A stretch of DNA of 61,684 nucleotides, filler included, from an uncultured bacterium (GCA_964471275.1; 7 parts of 7 records of this genome joined end to end with filler, not necessarily neighbours in it), one strand, 5' to 3'; positions 10,516-21,015 are shown, counted from the first letter of the whole stretch. Program-made: numbers and translations. Notes: generated by a model from the letters alone, not told the origin.

Positions 10516-12584
10516 GGCACGTTCTGGGCCTCAAGTCGTCGAATCTGTTCACGGATTTTCTCGAGGTAGCCTGGAGAGCCTTCCCAATATCGCTCGACAT
10601 TCCTGTAGGCCTCGACTGCATCGCGCGGGCGCCCAAGGTGCTCGTAGGCCAAGGCAAGGTTGTTGTAGGGCTCTGCGAAGGTTGGGTTCAGCCCGATTGC
10701 CTTCTCCAGGGCTTTTGCACCTTCCTGAATGCTGCCCTCGTACAGGTGTATCGCCCCGAGAAGCGCGTAAGCCTGTGCATTGCTGTCCATCTTTTCCGTT
10801 ATTTTCAGGACCTCTAACCGAGCCTCTGCCAGTCGGCCAAAACGAACAAGCGCGTTGGCGTAGTTGATCCTGGCTGAGTGGTAAGTGGGTCGGATCTCCA
10901 GAGCCCTGCGGTAGTGCGTCTCTGCGGCTACGCTGTCCCCGAGTGATGCGAAGACGCCGCCCAGATTGTGGTGCGTGTGAGCATAGTTGGGATGGTATGT
11001 GAGCGCATCCTCGTATGCGGATCTTGCTTCTGACAGCGTGCCCGCTGCTTGGTGGGTTCGACCTGCTAGGAATGCCGCTCTGTGGTCGAACATTCCTTGA
11101 GATTTTGCATCCTGGATCGCGATGAGTGCCGGCCCGAAGTTGCCTTCGTTGTGCTGTTGCAGCGCGATCGCATACCCAATATCAAACCGCAGGTGCGCGA
11201 TCCCAATGAAGACACAAAGGAGACCGTTTGCGATTGCCGCGTATTCAGCGGCAGGGGACCAGGCGTCGGCCAGCCGACGCCTCTGAGGGATTGACAGTCC
11301 GACAAGGGAGCACCACAGCAGGAGAGAGGCGGCCGGTTGCTCGCGCAGAAAGCTGAACCCTCCGTGGACAAAGAGAGCGCCAGCACCAACCAGGCAGGCC
11401 GTCGTGACAGCGACCTCGGTGTCAGAACCGGGGGTTCCTCTGAAGACCTTGTACACGGGCAGTAGGATAAGTCCCAGGAAGGCCAGGAGACCCGCGATCC
11501 CCAATTCGCTCCAGACCCAGAGGATGTCGTTGTGTGGTCGAACTGGCTCCGAATTCGATCGGATCCATTCGCCGCGGTCATACACTGGATAGTAGTACTC
11601 CCAGTTGTCATATCCGACGCCCAGCCAGGGATGATCCGCGATCAGGTTGGCCGTGTGCTTCCAGTAGGTCAGGCGTCCTCGGTCGGCATCAGGGCTGGCG
11701 ATCGAGATGAGCGCCAGCGCGGCCGATTCCTTGACCGTGTCAAACTTCTGCGGGGTTGTTTCCCGCTGATCCGGTTCGAGTGACGCCAGTCCCGCCAGGA
11801 GGAGAACGCCCAGAACGAATGCGGCAGTCTTGCGACCTGGCGCCCGAGTGATCTTGATCCGATTCTGTCTTGCCAGATAGGTCAAAGCCAGCAGGACTCC
11901 CGCAATCAGACCGACCCACGCCCCCCGTGTCCGAGTGTAGACGAGCAGGAGGGTCATGCAGCAGGATGATGTAGCCCACATCCATCGTCTGATTGAGGTC
12001 TTCTCCGTCTGCCAGGCAAGATACGCGAGGGGGATGCTGCCGATCAGGTAGCTTGCCGTCGTGTTCCTGAAGGCAAACGTACCGCTGGGCGGGCCGACCG
12101 AAGGGATGCGCAGATACTCCAACCCCAGGGTTGATAGATACCACCTGTCCAACCCGAAGTGTTGCAGGATGCCAAGGATGGCTACGATTCCTCCGGACAT
12201 CGCGCCGTATCTGGCGAGCTTCGGGATATCGTCGAGGGTCAGCGTGTTCAGGATCAGTATTGCGAGGACCAGAAGAGCCGAAAGCTGGGCGGTCTCGACT
12301 ACGGCGGAGACCGGATTGATCGCCCAGAAAACGGAGGCCGCCGCGAGCGATGCGTATACGATGCCGGGATAAATAAAAGGTGCCGTATGCCATTGCCGAG
12401 CAGTGCGACGCCTATCGAACGCGAACGCAACGGCGTAGATCGATAGAGTAGCAAATAGCACTGTGCGTTTGAGTGGGAGGAATCCGGGGCCAGCAGGACT
12501 GTAGACCAGCGGCACACAGAACATGCCCCAACCCAGGATGCTCACATACGCAGATCCGGACTCAGGATCGGTCGATTGGCTCAT
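10512..12584 (-). CDS. O-antigen ligase-like (Wzy_C) protein with C-terminal TPRs, paralog 3
   Basis: PSGTFAFRNTTASYL, YTRTRGAWVG, GVGYDNW, PVRPHNDILW; TPRs (HHNLG, YNNLA); start inferred at ATG 12584. Confidence 0.88.
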   Translation of the reverse strand: MSQSTDPESGSAYVSILGWGMFCVPLVYSPAGPGFLPLKRTVLFATLSIYAVAFAFDRRRTARQWHTAPFIYPGIVYASLAAASVFWAINPVSAVVETAQLSALLVLAILILNTLTLDDIPKLARYGAMSGGIVAILGILQHFGLDRWYLSTLGLEYLRIPSVGPPSGTFAFRNTTASYLIGSIPLAYLAWQTEKTSIRRWMWATSSCCMTLLLVYTRTRGAWVGLIAGVLLALTYLARQNRIKITRAPGRKTAAFVLGVLLLAGLASLEPDQRETTPQKFDTVKESAALALISIASPDADRGRLTYWKHTANLIADHPWLGVGYDNWEYYYPVYDRGEWIRSNSEPVRPHNDILWVWSELGIAGLLAFLGLILLPVYKVFRGTPGSDTEVAVTTACLVGAGALFVHGGFSFLREQPAASLLLWCSLVGLSIPQRRRLADAWSPAAEYAAIANGLLCVFIGIAHLRFDIGYAIALQQHNEGNFGPALIAIQDAKSQGMFDHRAAFLAGRTHQAAGTLSEARSAYEDALTYHPNYAHTHHNLGGVFASLGDSVAAETHYRRALEIRPTYHSARINYANALVRFGRLAEARLEVLKITEKMDSNAQAYALLGAIHLYEGSIQEGAKALEKAIGLNPTFAEPYNNLALAYEHLGRPRDAVEAYRNVERYWEGSPGYLEKIREQIRRLEAQNVP

Positions 12585-14484
12585 GTTGGTGCGATTTCTC
12601 AATCTGGTTGCGTTCTCTTTGTGCTGTCAGGTTTTCCGGGTCAAGAGTCAACGCCTGCGTGTAGCTTGCGTGTGCCTTCCTGGTTTCTCCGCTGATAACG
12701 TAGGATCTAGCGAGATTGATGTAGATCTGAGGGATCTGGGCGTTCGGTTTCTCAAGGATGTGCTCGAATGTTCGGATCGATGCATCGATTTGTCCAATGT
12801 CCCGGAGGGCGTTCCCCAGGTTGTTATGGGCTTCAACGAAGCCCGGGTAGAGCTCGATCGCTCGCCGAAGGGCCAGAATGGCCTCATCCGTACGTCCCGC
12901 CTTTCTGAGCGAGATTCCCAGGTTATTCTGCGCGTTGAGCGAGTTCGGGTGCAGGCCAAGCGCATTCCGATGACTCAAGATAGCCTGATCCACTTCGCCT
13001 TTCCGGTAGTGGGCGCGCCCCATTGCGATCCAGGTGTTGGCGCGAAGGGATCCATAGGTCAGTGCCTTGCGGCCCTCGGTCAATACAGTAGGCCAATCCT
13101 GCGTACGCTCCGCCGAGTGCACACGCAGGTGGTGATAGTCGTATCCAATTCTGCGACCGGTTGTCCAAATACCCCAGCCGGCGATTAAGACCGCCACCCA
13201 CAGGTATCGATGCGGGAAGCTGATTCGCGTGTTGTCTCGGGGCACGAGGATCCAAAGGAACCCGATGGCCAGCCAGAATAGAGAGGCGCCTCCGATTCGC
13301 TCGCGTGGGAAGTTGAACATACCATCCACGAGGTGGGCAACGCAGACGAAGAGCATCGCGAGCGCGACCTCCCGCTGGGCTGTCGGTCCAAACCGAAACG
13401 CGCGCACGCCTGCCAGGAGTGAACCCACGATCAGACATAGATGCGCAGCCAGCCCGATCAGACCGGTCTCGCTGGCAATCCACAGGAAGTCGTTGTGAGG
13501 TCTACGGGGCGCCGCATTGATATTGACGTGGTCACCTCGGGCATATTCCGGGTACTGAAACTCCCAGTTTCCCAAGCCGACGCCGAGCAGCGGGGCGCTT
13601 CCAATCATCTTCAACGTGTTCCGCCACAGTCCCAGCCTTCCTCTATGCCCGTCAGAGGACACGATCGAAGTCACGGCCGCAATTGGGGAATCCTTCTTGT
13701 CATCGAAGGTCGGTCTATCGTGCACGGATATTCGATCTGGGAGCAAGCTTGTACCGACAATCAACAGACAGGCCGTCACAATCGACCACGATACTCGCCT
13801 GAGTTTGTTCGGTTCACGTGGTGTTCCGTATCGAAGATACATAAGGCCTACAGCAATCGCCGCCGCAACAACTCCCACCCAAACACCGCGAGTCCTGGTG
13901 AATACGAGGTAGATCAGGGCGAGACCCGTCACCAGCGCAAAAAGCCATTTCTCTGAGCGTCGTCTGCTCTTCACCATACACAGCCCCGACATCCCGATGA
14001 CCGCCGTCAGGTAGCTTGCCGCCGCGTTGCGATGGAAGAAAGTCGCACTCGGCTGAGCCTGAGACGGAAGATCAAGAAACGCGAGACCCAGATACTGGCA
14101 GATGCCGATAACCGAGACCGGAATGGATGCGGTCGCAATCACGCGAGCGAGAGGTAGCAAATCCCGTGCACTCATGGAGGCGGCCAGCAATAGGGGGAGA
14201 ATGGTGAGAACAAGATACTGCGAAAGCTGGAGGAACGATTCTGTTCTGTTGACAGACTGGAACAGGGAGAGAACCTGGGCCAGAACCCAGAATGCGGTCA
14301 GAATGATCAGTTTCTTCGGAATCGGTTGCCGATGCCGGCCGAGTGCCAGCCAGACGACGACAAGCGCCAAGCCGAGCTGGAGTATCAACAGGCGTGGCAG
14401 TAGGGCGCCTTCGTAGAGGTCACTCCAGAAGACCAGTGGCAGGAGGATAAATGTTACGAACCAGAATCTGCGCAAACCTGTCAC
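12562..14484 (-). CDS. O-antigen ligase-like (Wzy_C) protein with C-terminal TPRs, paralog 2
   Basis: PSATFFHRNAAASYL, FTRTRGVWVG, GVGLGNW, PRRPHNDFLW, FNFPRER; GTG start overlaps the upstream TGA. Confidence 0.88.
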   Translation of the reverse strand: MTGLRRFWFVTFILLPLVFWSDLYEGALLPRLLILQLGLALVVVWLALGRHRQPIPKKLIILTAFWVLAQVLSLFQSVNRTESFLQLSQYLVLTILPLLLAASMSARDLLPLARVIATASIPVSVIGICQYLGLAFLDLPSQAQPSATFFHRNAAASYLTAVIGMSGLCMVKSRRRSEKWLFALVTGLALIYLVFTRTRGVWVGVVAAAIAVGLMYLRYGTPREPNKLRRVSWSIVTACLLIVGTSLLPDRISVHDRPTFDDKKDSPIAAVTSIVSSDGHRGRLGLWRNTLKMIGSAPLLGVGLGNWEFQYPEYARGDHVNINAAPRRPHNDFLWIASETGLIGLAAHLCLIVGSLLAGVRAFRFGPTAQREVALAMLFVCVAHLVDGMFNFPRERIGGASLFWLAIGFLWILVPRDNTRISFPHRYLWVAVLIAGWGIWTTGRRIGYDYHHLRVHSAERTQDWPTVLTEGRKALTYGSLRANTWIAMGRAHYRKGEVDQAILSHRNALGLHPNSLNAQNNLGISLRKAGRTDEAILALRRAIELYPGFVEAHNNLGNALRDIGQIDASIRTFEHILEKPNAQIPQIYINLARSYVISGETRKAHASYTQALTLDPENLTAQRERNQIEKSHQHEPIDRS

Positions 14485-17063
14485 GGCGTCCCGTCCAGCA
14501 TGATCGATCTCAGGATTCCTTCTGCAGACTTGCGGATCTTCTCGTCCCCCTCCCACGTTTCCAGGAACAATCGGTATTCCGATCTGGCCCTGTCAGGCAT
14601 CCCCGACTGGGCGTAGACATTACCCATATAATAATGGATCAGAGTGGGGTCGCCCTCCCAGTGGGTCCTGAACAGATCAAGCGCTTCTGTCGCTTCTTCA
14701 ATTTCGCCCAAGACCATCAGGACCTGCCCAAGGTTGAAGTTTAGTGTTGCGTTCACGGGGGCAAAGGTCTTTGCCTGCCGGTAGATCTCCAGAGCCTTTC
14801 GATCTTCGCCCAGATCTCGGTAAGACATTCCCTGGTTGTTGTGGCTGTCGAGATGTTGGGGATCAAGCTCAAGGGCCCGTTCGTATGCAGAAACGGCCTC
14901 CTCGAGTCTTGACTGTCGTCTCAGGACATTCCCAAGGTTGAACCAGTTGATGGGTTCTTGTGGATCGATCTCAAGTGCTCGACGATAGGATACTGCAGCG
15001 GAGTCCGCCGCTCCTCGCATCTCTAGCTGAACACCGTAGCCGGAATAGGCCTGCGAGAGTCCTTCCTTGGCGGCAGCCCGGACTGAATCCTTGTCTGGCC
15101 AGAGGTTTAGGAATCTGAGGTAGGCCTCGCCTGCCTCAGGGAATTCTCTTCGCTCCAGGTGGATCGCGCCAAGATTGTAGTATGCCTCTGGTGCAGGAAT
15201 CACGGCTGCTGCCGCCTTCCCGTAGACTGCGATTGCACTGTCGATCTTGCCCTGGTTCCGGTAGATGGATCCCAGGTTGACGTAGGGTGCTGCGTGATTC
15301 TGGCGAAAAGATGCCCGGTATGCGACGATGGCGCTGTCGATGGCTGACATCTTCTCAAACACGATGCCCTTGTTGTATGTCGCGATCCTGTGGTTCGGCA
15401 CAATCTCTATAGCCCGGTTGTAGTGGTCCAGGGCCTCGCGAAGTTTGCCCTGACCCAGGGCCGCTAGGCCCAGACCGTTGTGAGCATTCGCATAATTCGG
15501 GTGGTAGCGAAGGGCATCCCGATATCGTGCTTTAGCGGTATCCCACTCCTTCCGGTGATAGGCTCCTTCGCCAACGATCAATAATGCCTGGTGCTCGAAC
15601 ATGCCCGATTCGAGAGCTCGAGACGCGTGCTCTGATGCAGTCTTGAAGTCCTTCTGCAAGTAGGCTATGCTGGCTCGCGTATAGTGCACGTCGAATTCGA
15701 TGTGCCTGGCGGTGATCAACAGGGCGCCTACCAGCACAGCGGGGAGTAGCCATTCTGCCACACGACTGGATTTCCTTGCGGGCCGGCTCTTACCCGTGCA
15801 GATGTAGATAATCGAGATGCTCAGCCAGAAGTGGAATTCCGGTGGAACACGTTCGAAGGGAAAGCTGAACATACCGACACCAACAAACGCGGTGATGGAA
15901 GCCACACCTGCGAGTATCGTCCATCCATCGTGTGGGTCAGTCGCGTCACGAAGGCTGCGGACCGCGTGTAAGAGAATGGTTCCGAGAAGTACCAGATAGA
16001 CAACTATTCCGATCGTACCGGTTTCGGACCAGATCCAGAGCAGATCATTGTGAGGACGATGTGGTGTGGAGGTCGCCCTGAGCTGCGCACCCTTGTCGTA
16101 GGGTGGGTAGACATATTCCCAGTTCCCAAGGCCGACCCCGAGGATCGGCGCATCCGAGATCATGTCGAGTGTCGCGGACCACATCTTGAAGCGCCCTCGA
16201 TCGCCGCCAGGTTTGACGATGGATCTGATTGCGGTCGAGAAACTGTCCTTCTTGTCATCGAAGCGCTGCGTATGGCCTTCACTGAGCCGATCAGGGAAGA
16301 AACCGAGTGAGAACGTGAGGATGGCGGCAATCGTGACCGGTGCGCGCAGGAGTCCGGTCATTCGTCTCACCGTCAGACGGCCGGCTCGATATTCGGTCCA
16401 CAGCCATAGCCCGCCGGCAACGCAGATTCCGAGTATCAGTCCGACCCAGGATGCTCGCGCCCTTGTATATATGAGGAACAGGGACATCGTGCTTCCGGAC
16501 AAGAGGGCCAGCCACCGCTGCCAGGCCAGCCGGCAGATGGCGTGCCCCAGGATTGCCAGCGGGATTCCCGTCGCTAGGTATGCACCCGCGAGGTTGCGGA
16601 ACGCGAACGTGGCGCTGGGTCTGCCTGTGGAAGGTATGGTGAACGGAAGAGCGGCGAAGTACTCAGCGACGCCGATCACAGAAACCAGGAGTCCCGTTGC
16701 CGCGTGGATCGTGAGAACAGTCGGAAGTTTTTCCTTTGGAAAGGCTTTAACCAGGAGGACGAACATAGCAAAGACGGGAACGTGCTTCGCCAGATCGAAT
16801 GTGGATCGAATGGGGGTGTTTGCCCACAAGGCAGAGGCCGCCAGGATACCCCAGAATACGATCAGGGGAATGGCTATCTGGCGGGGGAGTTCCTGACTGG
16901 GGTCCGGCTTCAGGGCGAAGTAGACCGCGAGGCCCAGTGTCAGGACCAGCAGGAATGCCAGACGAGGCAGAAGCGCGAACTCATCGATTCCCGGGACAAT
17001 TACCAGGGGGAGGAGACCCACCAGTAGATACAGGTAAACGACGCTAGCAGTTTGTCTGGTCAA
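14481..17063 (-). CDS. O-antigen ligase-like (Wzy_C) protein with long TPR array, paralog 1
   Basis: PSATFAFRNLAGAYL, YTRARASWVG, GVGLGNW, PHRPHNDLLW, FSFPFER; many TPRs. Confidence 0.9.
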   Translation of the reverse strand: MTRQTASVVYLYLLVGLLPLVIVPGIDEFALLPRLAFLLVLTLGLAVYFALKPDPSQELPRQIAIPLIVFWGILAASALWANTPIRSTFDLAKHVPVFAMFVLLVKAFPKEKLPTVLTIHAATGLLVSVIGVAEYFAALPFTIPSTGRPSATFAFRNLAGAYLATGIPLAILGHAICRLAWQRWLALLSGSTMSLFLIYTRARASWVGLILGICVAGGLWLWTEYRAGRLTVRRMTGLLRAPVTIAAILTFSLGFFPDRLSEGHTQRFDDKKDSFSTAIRSIVKPGGDRGRFKMWSATLDMISDAPILGVGLGNWEYVYPPYDKGAQLRATSTPHRPHNDLLWIWSETGTIGIVVYLVLLGTILLHAVRSLRDATDPHDGWTILAGVASITAFVGVGMFSFPFERVPPEFHFWLSISIIYICTGKSRPARKSSRVAEWLLPAVLVGALLITARHIEFDVHYTRASIAYLQKDFKTASEHASRALESGMFEHQALLIVGEGAYHRKEWDTAKARYRDALRYHPNYANAHNGLGLAALGQGKLREALDHYNRAIEIVPNHRIATYNKGIVFEKMSAIDSAIVAYRASFRQNHAAPYVNLGSIYRNQGKIDSAIAVYGKAAAAVIPAPEAYYNLGAIHLERREFPEAGEAYLRFLNLWPDKDSVRAAAKEGLSQAYSGYGVQLEMRGAADSAAVSYRRALEIDPQEPINWFNLGNVLRRQSRLEEAVSAYERALELDPQHLDSHNNQGMSYRDLGEDRKALEIYRQAKTFAPVNATLNFNLGQVLMVLGEIEEATEALDLFRTHWEGDPTLIHYYMGNVYAQSGMPDRARSEYRLFLETWEGDEKIRKSAEGILRSIMLDGTP

Positions 17064-17213
17064 GGTCTGTACTCAGGCAAGGAAGGGCCGGATTCTACGG
17101 CAGGATCTTCCTGCACTGGGGCGTAAGAACTTGAAAATTTCAATCGACGTAACAGAAGTAAACATTTGTTTTTAAGTTGTTTATGGGTTGTTTGATGCGG
17201 TGGGGTGGGGGAT

Positions 17214-17229
17214 TGGTATGGCGGTTGCT
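17214..17229 (+). promoter_or_regulatory. Candidate sigma-54 (-24/-12) promoter
   Basis: TGGTATGGCGGTTGCT has exact GG-N10-GC spacing; AT-rich IHF-like tract TAAACATTTGTTT about 45 nt upstream. Confidence 0.5.
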
Positions 17230-17596
17230 ATTCTGTCTGACCGGTCTGCCGGGCGCTCCCTGTTTGTGCACCGGCACTGCCCGAAAGAATCGGACAGAAT
17301 CGACCTGATCGTAGACTATTTGAGTAGGTAGGTCAAGGTGGCGCGGGACAACCGGCCACTTCCCACCGTTTTACGGTTTCCATTCCAAGGGGGCCCTACG
17401 AGCCCTGCGAAACCGTCCACCCCTAGTATCTGTGACTGACCGTTTGGTCACAGACCGTCGACGTCCTTCTGGACGAGATCACAAACGGTGTTCTGAATCC
17501 ATCAACATATCGTCAACGCCTTGACGTTCTGCTGAACGGACCCGACAACGGTCTGAGCCGATCGTTTACGATCACGCTCCCACCAGAAGTCTCGAT

Positions 17597-17823
17597 CGTT
17601 TCAGGTGCAGGTGGTCTGTAGCCCAGTGAACTGTGTGGTCGGATCTGATTCGTACTCTCGCCGGCAGACCTCCGTCAACACTTTTGCCTCTTGCAGCGTT
17701 GTGAAGATTTCTCCGTCGAGGAGTTCATCCCTGATCTTCTCGTTGAAGCTTTCGACGTAACCGTTCTCCCAGGGACTGCCCGGCTCGATGAAAAGAGTTC
17801 CGACCTCGAGCCTCGAGAGCCAG
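17597..17823 (-). mobile_element. IS3-family transposase OrfB C-terminal remnant, frameshifted
   Basis: Minus-strand FIEPGSPWENGYVESFNEKIRDELL...RREY/NQIRPHSSLGYRPPAPE, with one extra base near 17651; runs into the contig end. Confidence 0.88.
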
Positions 17824-17923
17824 NNNNNNNNNNNNNNNNNNNNNNNNNNNNNNNNNNNNNNNNNNNNTTAATTAATTAANNNNNNNNNNNNNNNNNNNNN
17901 NNNNNNNNNNNNNNNNNNNNNNN
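17824..17923. other. Artificial contig spacer
   Basis: N-TTAATTAATTAA-N linker. Confidence 0.98.
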
Positions 17924-17978
17924 GCCTGGTGGTTCACCGCCTGGTGGTTCACCGCCTGGTGGTTCACCGCCTGGTGGT
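17924..17978 (+). repeat. 15-bp coding tandem repeat GCCTGGTGGTTCACC, about 3.7 copies (PPGGS units)
   Basis: Read directly; in frame with the downstream CDS; cut by the contig edge. Confidence 0.92.
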
Positions 17979-19601
17979 CGTAGACCGGGACCATCAGTAA
18001 CAGGCGAGATGCGCGGCGAGACCATTTATCATCCCTTCCTTACCGGTCCAAACGGCGAAGCAGGGGTATATCGCTTCGAATTTGAACCGAATGACTCCTA
18101 TTCGTTCGAGGACGTGCAGATGGTTCACGAACTTATGGCCAAGAACATGCCCCTCCTGCAGAACAACCTTGCTTATTACCCGATGCCTATGAATGCTCTG
18201 CCACGTTATTGGGCAGAAAAAACGCTCTATGACGCGTCCCGTATCCCGATCCTCTTTCAAGATGACATCTTCGGAGACATCAGCTTTCTACCCTTGAATA
18301 TCGCTGTAGGATATGGAATGCTCAGGCTCATGAACTTGGTGCAAAGGCCAGGATCACGCGATCTCGTCATCTACGAAACGCTTCCGAACGAATTATCCAG
18401 TGTAGGCGGGATCATCACTACCGTACCGCAGACACCCCTCTCCCATGTAAACCTACGCGCTATCCAAGATGGTGTACCTAACGCATTTATCAAAGGATCG
18501 CTTCAAATAGAATCTATCTCGTCACTAATCGGCAGTTACGTGTGTTTCCGAGTCAATGCGGACGGCTATGAAATCAGGGAGGCAACGCTCGAGGAAGTGA
18601 ACACGCACTTCGCCGACCGACGGCCGTCGGAAACGCAGTTTCCTGAACGAAATCTGACCATCCTGAAATACCGCTCGCTTGACACGATCGACTTCACCGA
18701 TTCCAATTCTTTTGGTGTAAAAACGGCAAATTTGGCGACTCTCCGAACGTTTGACTTTGCCGAAGGTGTCATTCCGAATGGATTTGGTCTCCCCTTCTTC
18801 TTCTACGACATGTTTATGAAGCACAACGACTTCTACACCAGAGTCAGCAACCTACTCGATAACCCCGATTTCCAGACCGACACGAATTTTCGAGATAGTG
18901 CGCTGAAAACGTTACGGGATGAAATTGAAGCCGCCACAATGCCTGAGTGGATGATGACGGCACTCACAGCACTACACGCTGAGTTCCCAGCAGGCACCTC
19001 CGTGCGGTGCAGATCCAGTACAAACAACGAGGACTTGCCCGGATTCAGCGGAGCAGGCCTATACGATTCCTACACGCACAAACAGGATGAGGGACATCTC
19101 TCTGTGTCCATCAAACAGGTCTATGCGAGTCTCTGGAATTTCCGCGCTTTCGAAGAACGGGATTTCTACCGCATCGACCACTTCTCCGCTGCGATGGGAG
19201 TCCTGCTTCATCCGAACTTCAGCGATGAACGAGCAAACGGTGTCGCTGTCAGTGACGACCCCATCTACCAGACAGTGGGCAATTACTACCTGAACACGCA
19301 GGTTGGGGAAAACTTGGTTACCAATCCCAAGGCGGCGGAGACCCCGGAGGAAATTCTTGTCAGCGCGACAAACAGCAACAACTTCACTGTCAGGAGTCGA
19401 TCGAATCAAATTGGGGATGACACACTTATCTTGACGCAGGCGTATCTGCAAGATCTCCATAGGATGCTCAAGACCATTCACACGCATTTCAGAGAACTAT
19501 ACGGCATTGGTACCCAAGAGAAATTTGCTATGGAAATCGAGTATAAAATTACGGCTGAGGGGTCACTTGCAATCAAGCAGGCAAGGCCCTGGGTATACTG
19601 A
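17925..19601 (+). CDS. PEP/pyruvate-binding (PPDK_N, ATP-grasp) domain protein, 5' truncated
   Basis: [51 protein letters not shown]...IKQARP. Confidence 0.85.
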   Translation, partial: PGGSPPGGSPPGGSPPGGRRPGPSVTGEMRGETIYHPFLTGPNGEAGVYRFEFEPNDSYSFEDVQMVHELMAKNMPLLQNNLAYYPMPMNALPRYWAEKTLYDASRIPILFQDDIFGDISFLPLNIAVGYGMLRLMNLVQRPGSRDLVIYETLPNELSSVGGIITTVPQTPLSHVNLRAIQDGVPNAFIKGSLQIESISSLIGSYVCFRVNADGYEIREATLEEVNTHFADRRPSETQFPERNLTILKYRSLDTIDFTDSNSFGVKTANLATLRTFDFAEGVIPNGFGLPFFFYDMFMKHNDFYTRVSNLLDNPDFQTDTNFRDSALKTLRDEIEAATMPEWMMTALTALHAEFPAGTSVRCRSSTNNEDLPGFSGAGLYDSYTHKQDEGHLSVSIKQVYASLWNFRAFEERDFYRIDHFSAAMGVLLHPNFSDERANGVAVSDDPIYQTVGNYYLNTQVGENLVTNPKAAETPEEILVSATNSNNFTVRSRSNQIGDDTLILTQAYLQDLHRMLKTIHTHFRELYGIGTQEKFAMEIEYKITAEGSLAIKQARPWVY

Positions 19602-19726
19602 TGAGAAATAGGCCTTATAGGAGCATATTAGCTTTCTCCATTCAGAAGCTTAGAGAACTGAGGATTGGATCGTCAACGGGAATAAACTCGAACCAGAAAT
19701 GTCGCTCCGACTTATTGGGAGGTGAC

Positions 19727-20755
19727 GTGAGGTATTCTGGAATTATGATAGGCTTGATCACTCTAGTCGTAGGTGTGAATATTGGGAACGGTATTACATT
19801 TGAAACGACCGCGCAGACAAGTGGTGCGATCAAAATCAATCGGGCCACGCTCTATCATACGGACGGCTCAACGGAAGCATTCAGCTCCGTCAAGATGCTT
19901 GATGATGGTGCACACGGGGATGATTATCCGGGAGACGGCATTTTCGGCGCCGAGATGCCGTCCTACCCTTCTAGCTATTTGATAGAATATATGTTCACCT
20001 TCCAAACAGTCGTGTCTCTGGCGCAGGAGACGCCAGGCCCAGATCCCGTGGTCAATCTCGACCTTCCTCGTGACCGAATCGTTATCAACGAATTTATGGC
20101 ATCTAATAGTGCCACGATCCAGGATGGCGAGGGTGAATTTGAAGACTGGATCGAACTGCTAAATGTGAGCGGCGAAACCACGGATTTATCCGGCATGTAT
20201 CTGACGGATAAAGAGAGTGACCCGAAGCAGTGGATGTTTCCAGAGGGGACCACGCTGGCACCAGGTGAACACCTGGTCGTATGGGCAGACAAAGACGTAA
20301 CAGATGAAACGGGGCTTCACGCCAATTTCAAGCTTTCGAAGGAAGGCGAAACCGTCCAGCTGATAGACACGGATGCTAACGGGAACAAACTGATCGATCT
20401 CGTCATTTTTGGAAAGCAAAACACAGATGTGTCGTTTGGGAGATACCCGGATGGTGCTGACTTTTGGCTAGTGTTGTTTGACCCTACTCCCGGGTCTACA
20501 AATTTGCCTGGTCGACAGTTGGACTATCGCGATGCTGCAGGAGCACGTGTTTGGATCATGGACCCGAACGACGGCACACCACTCATTGAGGATTTCGGCG
20601 ACTTTGTCTCATTCGCTGCATCCTATGGCCTTAGCGAGGGTGAAGTTGGGTTCCTCCCGGCAGCAGACACCGACGAAAACGGTACCGTTGAGTTCGCCGA
20701 CTTCTTGAATTTTGCCGGTGCATATAACAGCGTTGCGGTCTCCGTGAACGATTGA
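19727..20755 (+). CDS. Secreted lamin-tail-domain protein with choice-of-anchor X-like motif and C-terminal EF-hand/dockerin-like motif
   Basis: GGAGG SD before GTG 19727; signal peptide; DDGAHGD..GDGIFGA; VINEFMASN, DWIELLN, NFKLS, DVSFGRYPDG; DTDENGTVEFADF. Confidence 0.8.
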   Translation: MRYSGIMIGLITLVVGVNIGNGITFETTAQTSGAIKINRATLYHTDGSTEAFSSVKMLDDGAHGDDYPGDGIFGAEMPSYPSSYLIEYMFTFQTVVSLAQETPGPDPVVNLDLPRDRIVINEFMASNSATIQDGEGEFEDWIELLNVSGETTDLSGMYLTDKESDPKQWMFPEGTTLAPGEHLVVWADKDVTDETGLHANFKLSKEGETVQLIDTDANGNKLIDLVIFGKQNTDVSFGRYPDGADFWLVLFDPTPGSTNLPGRQLDYRDAAGARVWIMDPNDGTPLIEDFGDFVSFAASYGLSEGEVGFLPAADTDENGTVEFADFLNFAGAYNSVAVSVND

Positions 20756-20759
20756 CTCT

Positions 20760-20980
20760 CACCCCCAAACCCCAAGGCCTTGACGAGATCACGGGTGGTG
20801 CCGCGCGCCCGCTTGGCCGGGCTGGTAACGATCGTCCGGCACGGCGTCCCGCTCCTTGAGCCGACGGCCCATCTCGGGGGCGTCCCGTTTCCCTCGCTTG
20901 TTCAGCGGTCGATCGATGTCCGCCAAGCCGGGTTCTGCCCAGCTGGACTTGGCGTGTCGGACGAGATCGAGGAGCTTCAT
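20760..20980 (-). pseudogene. sixA: SixA-like histidine phosphatase, frameshifted and truncated
   Basis: LVRHAKSSW...[12 protein letters not shown], then a frameshift to [12 protein letters not shown]; the C-terminal half is missing. Confidence 0.8.
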
Positions 20981-21015
20981 AGGAAATAGAGACCAGGGAT
21001 CAGAGAGCGGGCTGA

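Noticed and set aside
17924..17978. Direct repeats as a possible CRISPR array
   Set aside because: 15-bp head-to-tail units with no spacers, in frame as PPGGS; no cas genes seen
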